A stretch of 52,656 nucleotides of DNA, filler included, from Catajapyx aquilonaris (Eukaryota), in NCBI GenBank assembly GCA_000934665.2. It is 2 parts of 2 records of this genome, joined end to end, with 100 filler letters (N's around TTAATTAATTAA, not from the genome) between each part and the next. Parts side by side here need not be neighbours in the genome. Positions count along the whole stretch, not along the records: positions 1 to 26,275 come from JYFJ02005228.1; 1 more part is not named here. One strand, 5' to 3'. The position numbers and the translations under genes are program-made. Below, in pieces: positions 1 to 12,852 of the stretch. The number at the start of each line of letters is the position of its first letter. Within the stretch, counting starts at the first letter, position 1. The notes beneath the pieces were generated by a model, which worked only from the letters and a program-made list of their open reading frames with translations, was not told where the DNA came from and did not search any database.

Positions 1-419
1 TGTACAGTCTTTCAATCGATCAAAAAGAAGTATCTCCCCTACCCTAACATGTACCCGAGACACTTTACACACTTACTGTACACCCATTTAACCAGCATGG
101 AACTGTTCGAACTTTTTAGATTCTTCCAAGCTGTGTGCAAGAAGGTCATACTGTATAATTGATGTATCAGTGTAGTTTATTTAAATTGCTGTTGTCTCCC
201 CTCACATAGGCCAACGGCCTCGCAGGGTACACTAAATAAAAAAATAAAATAAAATAAATTCCCAGAATCCCCACACACTCGTCTGAGCCAATCACCACTG
301 CCTTATATTGATGAACAGCTACCAGATGGGTGAGGAAGCACCCAGCAGGAGGCACCGTGGCCGAAGTAAGAGCAGAGCTGTGGATGAAGGTTCATAGTGG
401 CGGGCTGCCGATTCCGACC

Positions 420-2735
420 CAAGATGGCGCCAAACGCGAAGTTGACGCCACCATAATGCAATCTAGACATCCCTGTCATCTATAGTGAAGGCGTCAGGTA
501 ATCAAGTGGTGACGTCTCTACCATAGGCCGAAAAATCGAACTAAATCAATCAGTATTTGTCAGAGACTGCTCTGAAAATCGGCGAGGCATTTTCTTACGT
601 AAAAACACGGAAAAACATGCTTATTTCCTCCTCCCCCTCAAATATCGCACCCAATAACCCTGTTCAGACCGACCACCTCCCTCAGACGCCCCGAGTCCGG
701 CTCTAAGCCCATGCAGCACCCACCTAAGGCTGGTCCCAAGCAGATACCGGGCCCGTCGGACCTTCGCCGAACCTGGTGAACGGTCTGGCGTACCCCGAGG
801 CAGAGAGAGACAACAAAACACTTCCGTCCGACGCCTCTTTCTTTCTAATGGCATGAGTCCCATCCAGCGCGGAATAATACCCACGCCGAATAAAAAGCCG
901 CCAAAAATCACTCCCCCGCCCCCACCCCCTGGCCATTATAATTCCTGTCACATTTGGCAACACTGCATTCCTCCCCCCCCCCTCCCCGAGTACCCCCCAC
1001 CACCCCTACCACCACCTCCACCGCAGCAAAGCCGCATCACCACGAACATTCAGAACGCGTCACTTACCTTCCGCCAATTAGCGTAGGTCCTCATTATCTG
1101 CCCTATTTATTCGGTAATTAGGTCATGTTGGCGCAATTTGATTGTGTATAACGCGTCAGCACAATGTGACTCTATTTTGCCCAACTCTTAGTCGAACGTG
1201 GCCAGGAAACTAGCGGAATTTTTGAATTTCAGATAACCCATCCCAACCACGATACTATTTTAACAATGACAAGTTATTTGTGATTAACATGTGCATTTCA
1301 AACAGGCTGTTTCATCTCTTCCAAAGGCGGGGTACGCAAAATTAGCAAAAGAGGATAAAATGGGACTTTTGGTCTGCATAAGTTACGGTAGGCCTACTGT
1401 AATTAGCATCATTTAAAAAAATTACAATACCCGGGGGTGGAATATACCACCATTTTTCCTTCAATTTTCTGATTTTTCTTCTAACTCCGGTCCAAGGACG
1501 AAAGGACATGGGGCAAGGATGGGGATTTTTTGGAAAGAGAACATGGGTGCAAGTGCAATGTCTGATATGGGGTCATGTGCTGTTCCCCAGGAGGTTAGGT
1601 TGGCCTCCAAGGTGCAGGTCAGAGACCCTCCTGACACAGGTGAAAGGAAAGTACCAAACATGTGGCAAAACATGTAACATACAAACATATCGCAACATAA
1701 TTATTTTGTGCACCTAAGATGGCGTCAACTCTCGCGTCAACTTCGTTTTTGAGGCCATCCTGACACCCCTGCCATCTCGTGGAGGCATCAGGTAATCAAG
1801 TGGTGACGTCACTTCCATCAGGCAGAAAATATATAATATATAATATATAATGCTGAAGTAATGTGCTTTCGCCCCCTATCAGGCAGAAAATAAAACCAAA
1901 CCAGTCAAGATTTGTCAGAGACTGACCTGAAAATCGGCGACGCATTTTCTTACATAAAAACACCGAAAAACAAGCTTACTTTCTCCTCCCCCTCAAATAT
2001 CGCACCCAATAACCCTGTTTCGACCGACCATCTCCATCAGACGCCCCGAGTCTGGCTCTACGCCCATGCAGCACCCACCTTATGCACAAGCAGATACCGG
2101 GCCCGTCGGACCTTCGCCGAATTTGTAGGACTGTCTGTAGGACACGTCCGACCAACACGGCTCCGGCTCCTTCCACTCGTGCCTTCCACTGGTCATTGGA
2201 ATTAGTCCCATCCAGCGCGGAATAATCCCACGCCGAATAAAAAGGCGCCAAAATTCCCCCCCACCCGCTCGCCCATTATAATTCCACATTGTCACACTTG
2301 GCAACACTGCATTCCTCCCCGCCCCCACCCCCAACCGGGCCACCACCCCCACCGCAGCAAAGCCGCATCACCACGAACATTCAGAACGCGTCACTTACCT
2401 TCCGCCAATTAGTGTAGGTCCTCATTATCTGCCCTATTTATTCGGTAATTAGGTCATGTTTGTGCAATTTGATTGTGTATAACGCGTAAGCATAATGTGA
2501 CTCTATTTTACCAAACTCTAGTCGAACGTGGCCAGGAAACTGGCGGAATTTTTAAATTTCAGATAATACCATCGCAACCACTATACTATTTTAACAATGA
2601 CAAGTTATTTGTAATCAACATATGCATTTCAAACTGGCTGCTTCATATCTTCTAGAGACGGGGTACGAAAAATTAGCGAAAGAGGATAAAATGGGGGTCT
2701 TGGTCTGCATATAGTTACTGTAATTAGCACCATTT
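420..2735. repeat. Diverged ~1 kb direct duplication (420-1414 and 1716-2735)
   Basis: Long shared blocks, e.g. CCTCCCCCTCAAATATCGCACCCAATAACCC and CAGAACGCGTCACTTACCTTCCGCCAATTAG. Confidence 0.9.
1431..1652 (-). mobile_element. 5'-truncated tRNA-derived SINE (same family as 21822 and 22399)
   Basis: Reverse complement matches the body CCTTTCACCTG..CAGGAGGGTCTCTGACCTGCACC..AACCTAACCTCCTGGGGAACAGCACATGACCC. Confidence 0.8.
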
Positions 2736-3708
2736 CTGATGTCCCCTAGCTAACTTGAAAATCTGAACAGGAACACTGGCCAGCCATCTAATTACCAGAA
2801 TCAGTTCTTTTCTCCAGTTCTGCATTCTCAACGATTTGCTTTGGCTGGAGGCTTTGGCTGGAGAGAGCAATAATCGCATAAAAGCCATCAGCTCTCCCTC
2901 TCCAAAAAATGTACCAATTTACAAGCAGAGAAAAGTACTTCCAAGGTAGGCTACAAGGTCCGTAACATACCTCATTGCAACACAAGTTGTACAATGCTCT
3001 TCCTATGAAAGCCCGTTGCTTGAGCATGGATCTTTGCTTTCAATGAAAACTTTCAAGCCAAATTTCTTTACCAGAACCAAAGAGGAAGGTTGAGATTGGG
3101 TCTGGAGGAGCTGGTGTGTTAAAACCTTCCAACCCAAAGGTATGATGAGGAAGACAAAGTCACTTCAATGCCTGGTCACATATGATCATCACATAGTCAG
3201 TGTCAGAGAATCTCACAACTTTTGTTGAGGAACCTATAGAATCACCCTCCTTTCCAGTAATTTGACCTTGGTCCAATGACTTACACCATTGTGGTCCTCT
3301 TTAAAATAATCTATGGCTGGAAAGTTCCAATCGACAGAGGAGACCTGAGGAGTTGGGGTCACGGGGTCACCACCGATGACAGGAATGACCTCCCACAACA
3401 GATGAGGCATCGAAATACTTTCTTCCCATGGAACAAGTACACCACTGCCTCTGAAGAACTTTGATAATAGGTATGACGGGTACTTATATGATTATCCTAG
3501 TTCAAGCATTTTCATTAAAATTATTATTCACAAAAATTAACATCACCATACTGATTTTGCCCTTAAGGTGGAAAATGTCCTCACCCAATACCAAAATTAT
3601 TGAGTTGACGAAAGTGACCAGTGAAATTCTTGGAAATTCTGCTTTTCACGTCAGTGCAGTGTCTGTATGCTTATTAGGATTTGCCATTGATATTGTATTT
3701 CACTAGTG

Positions 3709-4441
3709 CAGGGCCCTGCAGAGGGGGGGGGGGGGNGGTACACTTGCCCCGGGCCTCGGAGGGATAAGTCCTGCCAGGGGGCCCCAGCCAACAGAAACTA
3801 CTTGACAAAACACCCAATTTCAATTTTAGCATCTTAACACATTAGGGGACTCTAGGCCAATCACTTCTGGAGGCCCTTTTTCAATATTGACTTAATTACC
3901 AAATTTTGGCAATAATAATTAGCCAATTTGGGGCCCCTCATCTTGGGATTGATCCTCTGATGGGCCCTACAATTCAATACTGGCTTTTAAATGTTTTAAA
4001 AAAAAATCCAATACAAATTCGCCAATTTAGGGCCCCCTGTTTCGGTCGGGGGCCTGGGCCCTGTTGGCCCAATTGTGGTCATTTATGGCTGCATCATGGC
4101 CCCGTTGGTCCATCCGTTCTTCCCAGGCCTGCCCGTTAACTATGCACTGCAAGGCTAAGTAAAATCAGGGCCTGCATAGCGTCGAGTGTAGGCTATATAA
4201 CTTTTTATGCGTCCGTACACGTGAAAATGCAAGCAGAGTTGATTCGAATTAAAGTTTCTCATTTACTTTGGATGATATTCTTGCCAACAGTGTAAACATA
4301 AGACATACCGGTATGTCATATGCTTTTGTGACGTCAACGTCAAACGTCAATGATTCCCGTTAGCGTATTTTAATGTTGTTGTGTGAGGGGCCTCTAATGT
4401 GACTCCTGCCCCGGGCCTCAAATAAGCTCTGCAGGGCCCTG
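3709..4441. mobile_element. Non-autonomous hAT element
   Basis: 15-bp TIR CAGGGCCCTGCAGAG; perfect 8-bp TSD CACTAGTG (3701-3708, 4442-4449). Confidence 0.88.
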
Positions 4442-4792
4442 CACTAGTGTATTTGCTATATTGGATTGTAATATATTGTTGTCTGTTAATAAATAGGGGG
4501 ACTGGATTATGAAGATGGTGAAGGGCCCTCACAGGGTAGTGAGTCACCACTGTCCCTATTAAAGTGTCTGTATGCTTTTTTCCATTGATAGTTCAAGCAA
4601 TCTTACATGTTTTCAAAAACCCTGGCACAAATTACAACTGCAATACCATTTTACATCAATGCCATTTACAATATTGCATGGTCAATAAGGTTACTCCTTC
4701 TACTGCATGAGAGCATCACCATCCACATGGAAACTTGAAAAATGGGCACTAGTTTTCTTTCCCTCCTAATCAGCATGCCTCACAAACAACTA

Positions 4793-5395
4793 CAGTAGTT
4801 GAATACAGAATACAGATATAACAGCCTTGGGTTATAACGGACTTTCGGTTATAACAGACTCGAAAGGCAGGTCCCGGCATACTTCCATAAGGCCCTGTGT
4901 ATTTATAATCCTGATATAACAGACTCATTTTCACCTCGCCTTGTGTATAACACACCATTTCTTGGCTCCTTGAAGGGAAAACATGCTGCTTTTGATTACT
5001 CAGCATCCTTTCCCAATAAGTGAGGATAGCACTGCATCTTTCGCTGTGACTTCAAGGGGAATTGACGAACTGGCCTGGCCTGTGCAGACCCTACAGCCCA
5101 TCACTCTATACTGGAGTGGGGCTGATTTTTCCATCTGTCACTGATCTAACACTTGCCAAAAAGGTCATAATCATTCATTTTTTGTATATTTGGCAAGGAG
5201 GAGATGGCAGTAGAAAATGACAGATTTTTTTGGCCATGCCTAATTTACAGAGGAGCTAATTTTGCATTTTTGTAGAGAGTTTCATTAATCAGTATGCAGT
5301 AGTGTGCACTATGGGCATATGGAAAGCAGAAGACTGTATTCGTTGCAAAAGTGGCAATTTGGCTATAACAGACCTCGGTTATAACGGACATATTT
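4793..5395 (-). mobile_element. pogo/Tigger-like MITE, diverged inverted copy of 6467-6908
   Basis: TA|CAGT.. end, repeated TATAAC motifs, homology to the reverse complement of 6467-6908. Confidence 0.65.
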
Positions 5396-5541
5396 TGAAG
5401 AAACATTTCATCAAGTCAAGTCCCTCCTATAGCCACAAGTTCCAGCATACTTTTTTCAACAAGGAGTGTGGCTTCCTCAGTAGATTTGTTGCAGATAGGA
5501 AGAGCTTGAAACTTGTGACATCCAAGGAGATTTATTCGTAT

Positions 5542-6273
5542 ATTAGATCAAAAACTTTCCCTTCAGTAAAAAAAAGAGGTAGTAAGACCTCCACGGCGGA
5601 ATGAAAGTACTGAAACAAGGCAGGCGCACGTAAGACCTTCACCAATTGATTTAAGCTGTACCATAGGTCTTACTCAAGCAATTACCAATTTACTACTCAT
5701 GAAATCTCCTTTCTGAAAGCAAATTTGTGGAATTTCTGTCGTACTACTAGTTACTTCTAACTTAGCAGTACCAGTGTAGTGCAATTTCCACCCATTAATT
5801 TTCCATGAGCCACTCCATATTAGTGTTTTATGAAATTAGGAACCTCAATATTAAGCACATTGAATTTCTATGCGATTAGTGCGCATTATTGCCATGAAAC
5901 ATTCATGCAGAATCTTCACCCCTTTTAGATGCTGATTTTAACTCTTAATGTTTAATTTTTAACATATAAACGTTAATTGGTGAATTTTAAAGGGTCTTTT
6001 TCGATTGGTCCAAGTCTGTTAGAATGGGTTTAGTTTTCCCCCCATTTTTTTCTTTTCAAAATAAAATGCTACCTACTGCTCTGAGTAGTTTGCAGCAGTC
6101 ATTTTACGAGACGTTCCATACCGTACTTGAGAATTGCTTGAGTAAGACCTATGGTACAGCTTAAATCAATTGGTGAAGGTCTTACGTGTGCCTGCCTTGT
6201 TTCAGTACTTTCATTCCGCCGCGGAGGTCTTACTACCTCTTTTTTTTACTGAAGGGAAAGTTTTTGATCTAAT
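5542..6273. mobile_element. Long-TIR MITE (TAG...CTA-like termini, possibly Academ-type)
   Basis: ~142-bp near-perfect inverted repeats 5542-5683 / 6132-6273; superfamily assignment is inference. Confidence 0.8.
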
Positions 6274-6466
6274 TTCAGTTCTTTTTTGACAGTACACGTA
6301 ACTTATGCTCCACCAGTATACAGTCTGCACTATGAATGCATTGGAGACGATTTTCGTCGCTTAGAAGTCCCTAAAATTACTTTCACAGAGATAGTCGTAA
6401 AAAAAACGAAAGTCGAGTGCTACCAGCCAACGGTTAGTCTGATTTAATTAGTCTGGCTTAATAGTA

Positions 6467-6908
6467 CAGTTGAATCCGGATAAAACAAACTTCAAGAGAC
6501 TGCGGAAAAAGTATGTTATAACCGAGGTCTGTTATAGCCGAATCGTCACGCAACGAAAACATAAATTTCTGCTTTCAATATGGCTGTACTATGCACTACT
6601 AGACTACATACCGATTAATGAAATCTGTCACAAATGCAATATATTGATGGCTCACCCGAAAATTATGCAGGACCAAAATATCCGAAATTTCCTTCTGCCG
6701 TCTCCTTTTTGCAAATTTTATACCTGGAAAACAATTCTGTATTTTCCCATCGAGAGTCCAAGAAATGGTCTGTTATACCCGAGGTGAGGTGAAAATGAGT
6801 CTGTTATATCAGGAGTAAAATACACAGGGCCTTTTATGGAAGCATGCCGGGACAGCCTTTATAACCAAGTCTGTTATAAGCCGAGGCTGTTATATCCGGA
6901 TTCAACTG
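6467..6908 (+). mobile_element. pogo/Tigger-like MITE
   Basis: TA|CAGTTGAATCCGGATA ... TATCCGGATTCAACTG|TA. Confidence 0.8.
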
Positions 6909-6922
6909 TAAATCTGTAATAA

Positions 6923-7127
6923 TTACAATTCGTGTTTCATCTGCAATGCTCTCGCCACGAGTCTGGTTGAAGCTCTGGTGTTCCAGTACAAGTTAGAAGT
7001 TGGCTCCGAAGAATTGTACTGTGGAAATTCTTCTTCCATGCGTTCCATCATTGAGAAAGTGTTGTCCAGGAAATCACCCTTCCTCATGGCAGCCTTGGCT
7101 GGACCATCTCCACTGCCATGACCATTC
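6923..7127 (-). CDS. Candidate terminal exon ending ...ALQMKHEL*
   Basis: Acceptor tctgttttcgcag|, then 68 open codons including the stop; upstream exon not linked. Confidence 0.3.
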
Positions 7128-7427
7128 CTGCGAAAACAGATTATTCCATTGGAACCAGGTGCATGTTACTTACAAAAGTACTGGTACTTCTGTACATAAT
7201 TTTGCAAAATGTCAACATCCCTGAACTAGTTTGCATGTTCTGCTAGTTACACATCAACCAATTCTCATTCCCACCAGCCAATATGCTGGTAACTTCATCT
7301 AATACAGGGTCACCCAACATGGGAAGATCTTCATGGGTAGGTCACAAAGACATTTGACACTCACTACTGTATCTCTCTCTTTGTTTCTGTCTCTATCTGT
7401 CTATCAACTAATAGCTAGGTAGCCTTA

Positions 7428-7577
7428 AGGCCATTTCACAAAAAAAATGTCGCGCGGCAAACGGCGCGACTTGCGGCAAATTTTTATTTATATTTATTGT
7501 TGCCAATTGTTGGCAACAATAAAATTTGCCGCAAGTCGCGCCGTTTGCCGCGCGACATTTTTTTTGTGAAATGGCCT
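7428..7577. mobile_element. PIF/Harbinger (Tourist-like) hairpin MITE
   Basis: TTA TSD; arms AGGCCATTTCACAAAAAAAATGTCGCGCGGCAAACGGCGCGACTTGCGGCAAATTTT form a near-perfect palindrome. Confidence 0.85.
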
Positions 7578-7974
7578 TTACTTGCTTTAACTCAAACAAA
7601 CAAACCAGCCTATGAAACTAATCATCTCAAATAATTAATGGAATAGCTCAATGAGTAGGACTGTATCCAACAAGGTGTGATTTTACTGTTCAACTTATGG
7701 AGTCCTGGAAATGCCACAAAAAGAAAAAGTTTCCATCATGACCACAACTTTGGCAGAGTCATTACATCTCCTGTCTAACAGCACTGCACAAATATCCAGT
7801 GAGTGTTCATTAATGTCCTGTCAAAGTCTAACGACCAGAGTTCAATTTCCATGCTCAGAAAATGTACACGTACAGAATTCAGCGTAGGGTTGTTTCTTCA
7901 ATACTGTTGTGTAAGCATACAAATGAGTGTGTCAGAGGTGTGGAGTAACTTGCAATACTAATATGGTCCTTAGA

Positions 7975-8308
7975 GGGGAGATGAAGTGGTGTCGCGGTAA
8001 CGCGTGCGCCCACGGATATGAAGGTCCCGGGTTCAATCCCCACCCGGGGTTCCCACCTTTATCCGTGCAGAGTTGGGCCATCTCTGGCTTCATTTCAGGT
8101 GGCAATTTCCGACAGACTAAGCCACCTGGGGGAGTTCACAAAATGACCGTTAGAGACATTGCACATGCACTTTGCACATCCCCTCCCACATACCCTTGGA
8201 GTACACTAATAAGATCTTTCTTAACTCGCTCCAAATCCCGATGGTGGTAATTTCACCCCCCCCCCCCAAAGGAGTAGATAGCCCCCCCCGTGNCCCCCGT
8301 GGGGTAAT

Positions 8309-8351
<43 letters not shown>
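7975..8351 (+). mobile_element. tRNA-derived SINE with (TAA)n tail
   Basis: A/B boxes (TGGTGTCGCGG, GGTTCAATCC); 16-bp TSD TAATATGGTCCTTAGA (7959-7974, 8352-8367). Confidence 0.88.
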
Positions 8352-8356
<5 letters not shown>

Positions 8357-9197
8357 TGGTCCTTAGAACTTGCTGCTTTTTAGCATGAAAGTAACATGTA
8401 ACTTTTATAGGTAACTGGATCAGTAACCAGTTACAAATAGGCATGAACTACAAAAATATCACAGAAGGAAATTTTGCATGACAGAACCAAAAGTGGATCA
8501 GTAACATGCTTGGGAGGTGGGCGGGAGTGGGAGGTGCGTTGCGTTGCGTTGTCTGGTGTGTGTGAAAAGGTGTTTATTTGGGGTGATTGGGGGAAGGGGG
8601 GCGGGAGGGGTGGATGAGGCAATGGCCAAGACCCGGGCAACACTCCCCCGGGGCGATCAAGGCGAAACTGTATAAATAATGCACATTTTCCAACTTTTCA
8701 AGGGGAAAAAAAAACATTTTCGTTTGATCTGCTGCCATCCCAGTTCAAGTCACCCTATCAGCCACCAAAATATACGTTCCTATAATGAATTTTTCTCCTC
8801 GATCTTTCTAGTACACTACTATGCCAGTTGTCTCTAATTGCAACAGGAAAGGGGACCCGTTCTAACATGTTGGGCCGTTGATTTTTTTTGTTCTTGTACG
8901 GTCGGGAACAGGTACAAATCGTACGATCATCGCGGCTTGAAAAATATAGGCTTAGAAAAAAAAGCGTGATATAGCGACCGGGGGAATAAATACTGCTGGA
9001 TGCGCAAGGAGGGGGCATTTTCTGGCGGATTCCGGGTCCCTTGTTCATGCAAAATAAAATTCAAAGTATGTTCACCCCCAATTTTTTGATCGCAATAAAA
9101 TTTGGCAGGATAATTTATCGTCCATAAGGATAATAATCTAAATCATTTTAAAAATTTAACAATTTTAAATTTTAAGGGTCATTAGGGCACGTGCAAT

Positions 9198-9482
9198 CAG
9201 TGGCGGCTGATCCAGTAGTTTTTTCTGAGGGGGGGGGGACAAGGGTGGAGCCGGGGAGGGCCCGCCGCAGGCGATAATTTTTCGGTTCAAGGTCACAACC
9301 CTTCCTCGCCACCCCAAATTAGGGGCAAAACGGGGCCCAAAACGGAAAAGTAGAGGGTTTTTGCGAGTTTCTCCCCCGCTTTTTTCTTATTTTTTCCGTT
9401 TTCATCCCTCTGGGGAGCTTTTTTGAGGGGGGGGGGGGGCGTGCCCCGGTGCACCCCGCCCGCCCCCCTAAATCCGCCACTG
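9198..9482. mobile_element. hAT MITE (partial inverted second copy ~10999-11333)
   Basis: TIR CAGTGGCGG; 8-bp TSD cgtgcaat/cgtgtaat. Confidence 0.8.
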
Positions 9483-9619
9483 CGTGTAATTAAATGGTCA
9501 AAAAACCAGTAAAACCGCACACGTGGACAAACGACCCTAAGGCACACCAATACTTTTGATGTGCGAATAATGTTCTGTGTATAGGATTGAGACATTGTGA
9601 TTAGTGAATGTTAATAATG

Positions 9620-9822
9620 AATACCCCGTGATAGGCCTTGGGCCTCTTAGGGGATCATCCCGACTTTAATGAACCGTGAACCGACTTTAATCATTGTCTG
9701 CGTGTGATGGATTTTGATTGCGGGAGGAAACGGGAGGACCCCGAGAAAACCCACGCGAACACGAAGAGAACCCATCTAAACTCTATCCACATAAGTATCC
9801 TCTGCGCGACCCGGGGATCGGA
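9620..9822 (-). mobile_element. V-domain SINE fragment (inverted copy 10808-10992)
   Basis: V-domain-like core GTTCTC..CGTG..CGCGTGGGTTT.CTCGGGGT.CTCCCGTTTCCTCCC. Confidence 0.7.
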
Positions 9823-10409
9823 CCCCCCCCCCCCCCCAGGTTTTTGAACTGTACATTTCACAGAATCTGTTCACATCTTTTAAAAGTCCACAAGAAGTTC
9901 TAATGTACTACACTATCTTTTGAAGCATAATCTTGACAACATGTGAGCCCCTTTGCTCCTGCAATTCCATTAACAACTTCGCCTCTGTGATGACTCATCC
10001 ATACATCCTATCTGTTTTACGTTAATTTTCCTTGTTGCCTTGGAGGACCGTGGTCATATTCTGTGGTTAGGTAGGTAAGGTTTTCGTGACCCTTTTCCAT
10101 GAGCTCCCCTCCATTAAAATGTGGTGAATTCATTCCTGACCTTATTTTTCGTATTGGTCTATAACCTGGTCCAATAAAAAAATGAAAAGGAATGCATTAA
10201 ATTGCGGGCCCGGGTGCATTACTTTCCAATCCTCACATTGGTACTCACCAGTTTTACTTTAAAAATATTTTCTTGGTGCGAAAGGATAGTAGACAGTCCT
10301 ACCTTGGTAAATTAATCAACACGACACATTTCCACTTTCAGAATATCTCCTCCAAGGACACACATTAGAATCCAAAATCTGGGGGGTCCAAAACTTTCCG
10401 TCCACCCTG

Positions 10410-10750
10410 TATTAATAGTTCAATGTTTAAAAACGATATTACTGCTATCGGACTACGGCCTTCGGCATTGAAAATTGTATGTCACATTATGTGCTTCACT
10501 TAGCATTTTTACCATGATTTGGACTCTGGAGTAAAGCGGTAGGGAAAACACCACATATTGGCAGCCCACCATTACACCCTGCAAGCCTGGAAAAACCCCA
10601 ACCGAAATTCTGCCGAACCTTACAGGAGTCCCACTCTGGAAAAATCGGTAAAAACAATGCTAAGTGAAGCACATAATGTGACAAAGTTTCAAGGCCGAAG
10701 GCCGTAGTCCGATAGCAGTAATATCGTTTTTAAACATTGAACTATTAATA
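10410..10750. mobile_element. Long-TIR MITE
   Basis: ~97-bp inverted arms TTAATAGTTCAATGTTTAAAAACGATATTACTGCTATCGGACTACGGCCTTCGGC... Confidence 0.82.
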
Positions 10751-12852
10751 TAACTCCTTTATTTCTATTTCAAAAATTTGAACTTTCACTTATCGCGTTT
10801 GGTGGCAGTTCGATCCCCGGGTCACGCAGAGGATATGTGGATAGAGTTTAGATGGGTTCTTTCCGTATTCGCGTGGGTTTCCTCGGGGTTCTCCCGTTTC
10901 CTCCCGCAATCAAAATCCATCACACGCACAAAATGATTAAAGTCGGTTCACGAAAAGATGATCCCCTAAGAGGCCCACGGCCTATCACGGGGCACCGCAA
11001 AAAAGCTCCCCAGAGGGATAAAAACGGGGGGAAGAAAAGAAAAACGGGGGAGAAACTCGCAAAAACCCTCTTCTTTTCCGTTTTGGGCCCCGTTTTACCC
11101 CAAATTTGGGGTGGCGAGGAAGGGTTGTGACCTTGAACCGAAAAATTATCGCCTGCGGCGGGCCCTCCCCGGCTCCACCCCTCCCCAGGAGATATTACGT
11201 GCACCACTGACAGCGACAAATGTGGGCCCGAAGACGCCCACCCCCCAACTATACCCTTGTCCCCCCCCCCCCCCCCGAAAAAAAAGTGNCCCCCCCCCCC
11301 CCCTCAGAAAAAATTCTGGATCAGCCGCCACTGATTGCACGTGCCCTAATGACCCTTAAAATTTTACATTTTAAAATTTTTTAAATGATTTATATTATTA
11401 TCCTTATGGACGATAAATTATCCTACCAAATTTTATTGAGATCAAAAAATTGGGGGTGAACATACTTTGAATTTTATTTTGCATGCTCTGTCGTGGAATC
11501 TCCCATCAATTAATTGCAAAAAAAAATGTGCGAAAGACGATATGCAAATAAATGCTACACCGGAATCCGCCAGAAAATGCCCCCTCGTTGCGCACCCGGC
11601 AGTATTTATTCCCCCTCCCTATATCACGCTTTTTTTCTTCTAAGCCTACATTTTATATCTAATTTTTCAAGCCGCGATGATCGTACGATTCGTACCATTG
11701 GCCTTTTTAATTGGTGATAGTTTTTGCACTTTTTGAAGCAATTTCGGGACTCTTTGGGCCTATACCGAACCAATTCCTTCAGAGGCATGTTTGTTTCGTT
11801 CGGAGTATTTTTTGTGCTTCTGAAAGGACCAAAATCGTTCAGAAATAATATGATCATACGAATCATGTTGCAGTGACTCGTATGAGCCGAAAGGAGGTTC
11901 CAATCTAGAAAAAAATTTTGGTAACATCTATAGTCTAATATACTATGCAAGTGGAAACGCGCTGTAAGCGGTGTTCAGTAGAGTCCAGAGCAAGTGATAC
12001 GTGCTTGAACTTTGTGTCTTTTGCCCAAGTTTTGTGATTTTCTGTCAAGTTTATTGTTGTTGTTAGGTTTTTGCTCTGGTTTGTGACCTTATACATTTAT
12101 ACTTTAGGCCTTTACAATAATTTGTGTTTCTCCTTTCGATTTTATGTAACATCCTCCATATGCCCGCAAAAGTAAAATTTTCGTACTTATTTGAGATTTT
12201 TTCGTGGCTATTTAAATGCTTATTTCAGGGTTTTTTCGTGCCTAAAAAATCGAACTATATACAGTATAGTTATACCTTATCCGTAATGAAAAGTAATGCT
12301 GCGTTACATTGATTGCTCTCGTAGTTTTAGCGGGGAGGTGCCTGACGAACCCCCCCCCCCCNTATGAAAATCTCCTAGGTACGCGCCTGGTTGCATCACC
12401 TACTATTTGTTCTAACTTGTAAATTAGAATACGTCAGGCACCATTACTATTTTGTCAGGAAATCAATCAGAAAGCAGCATCAACAGCTTTTGAAGACACT
12501 TTACCAAACCTACAATTACACTATGCAACTCGATATTGCATACGAACAATACCGGTGCTTGTATAGAAATAATTAATGGCACGACTCTCCAGCAAGAATT
12601 ACCCCAGATCAGAATTAAAAATATATATAAATTTTGGAGTTTTATACTCAAAAAAGTGCAGTTTTCGGACTTTTTTCCTGAATCCAGCGGCACGTGTATG
12701 GTGTGAAATGGTTGCGAAAATATCATGTATAATACGTGTATACATCGGTGATTCGGTGTGCCAAGTATCGGCACTCTCAAAAGGTCAGGTAGCCGTGACA
12801 GATAGACTACATTTGGGCAAACTTCTGCTTTAGTATACAGTATCGAGAGATA

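Larger units (their letters stand above)
8911..11696. repeat. Large inverted duplication (arms ~8911-9820 and ~10811-11696)
   Basis: The arms share flanking DNA, an hAT MITE at the same insertion site and a V-SINE fragment. Confidence 0.88.

Noticed and set aside
853..1086. Proline-rich ORF
   Set aside because: Product of poly-C tracts; not preserved in the duplicate copy.
2760..3070. Possible L2/CR1-like LINE 3' remnant (also 50500-51250)
   Set aside because: Only faint motif resemblance with many stops; cannot be supported without a search.
7975..8050. tRNA genes here and at 22399 and 23100-23173
   Set aside because: A/B boxes without a closable cloverleaf; followed by SINE bodies and tails, with TSDs at 7975 and 22399.
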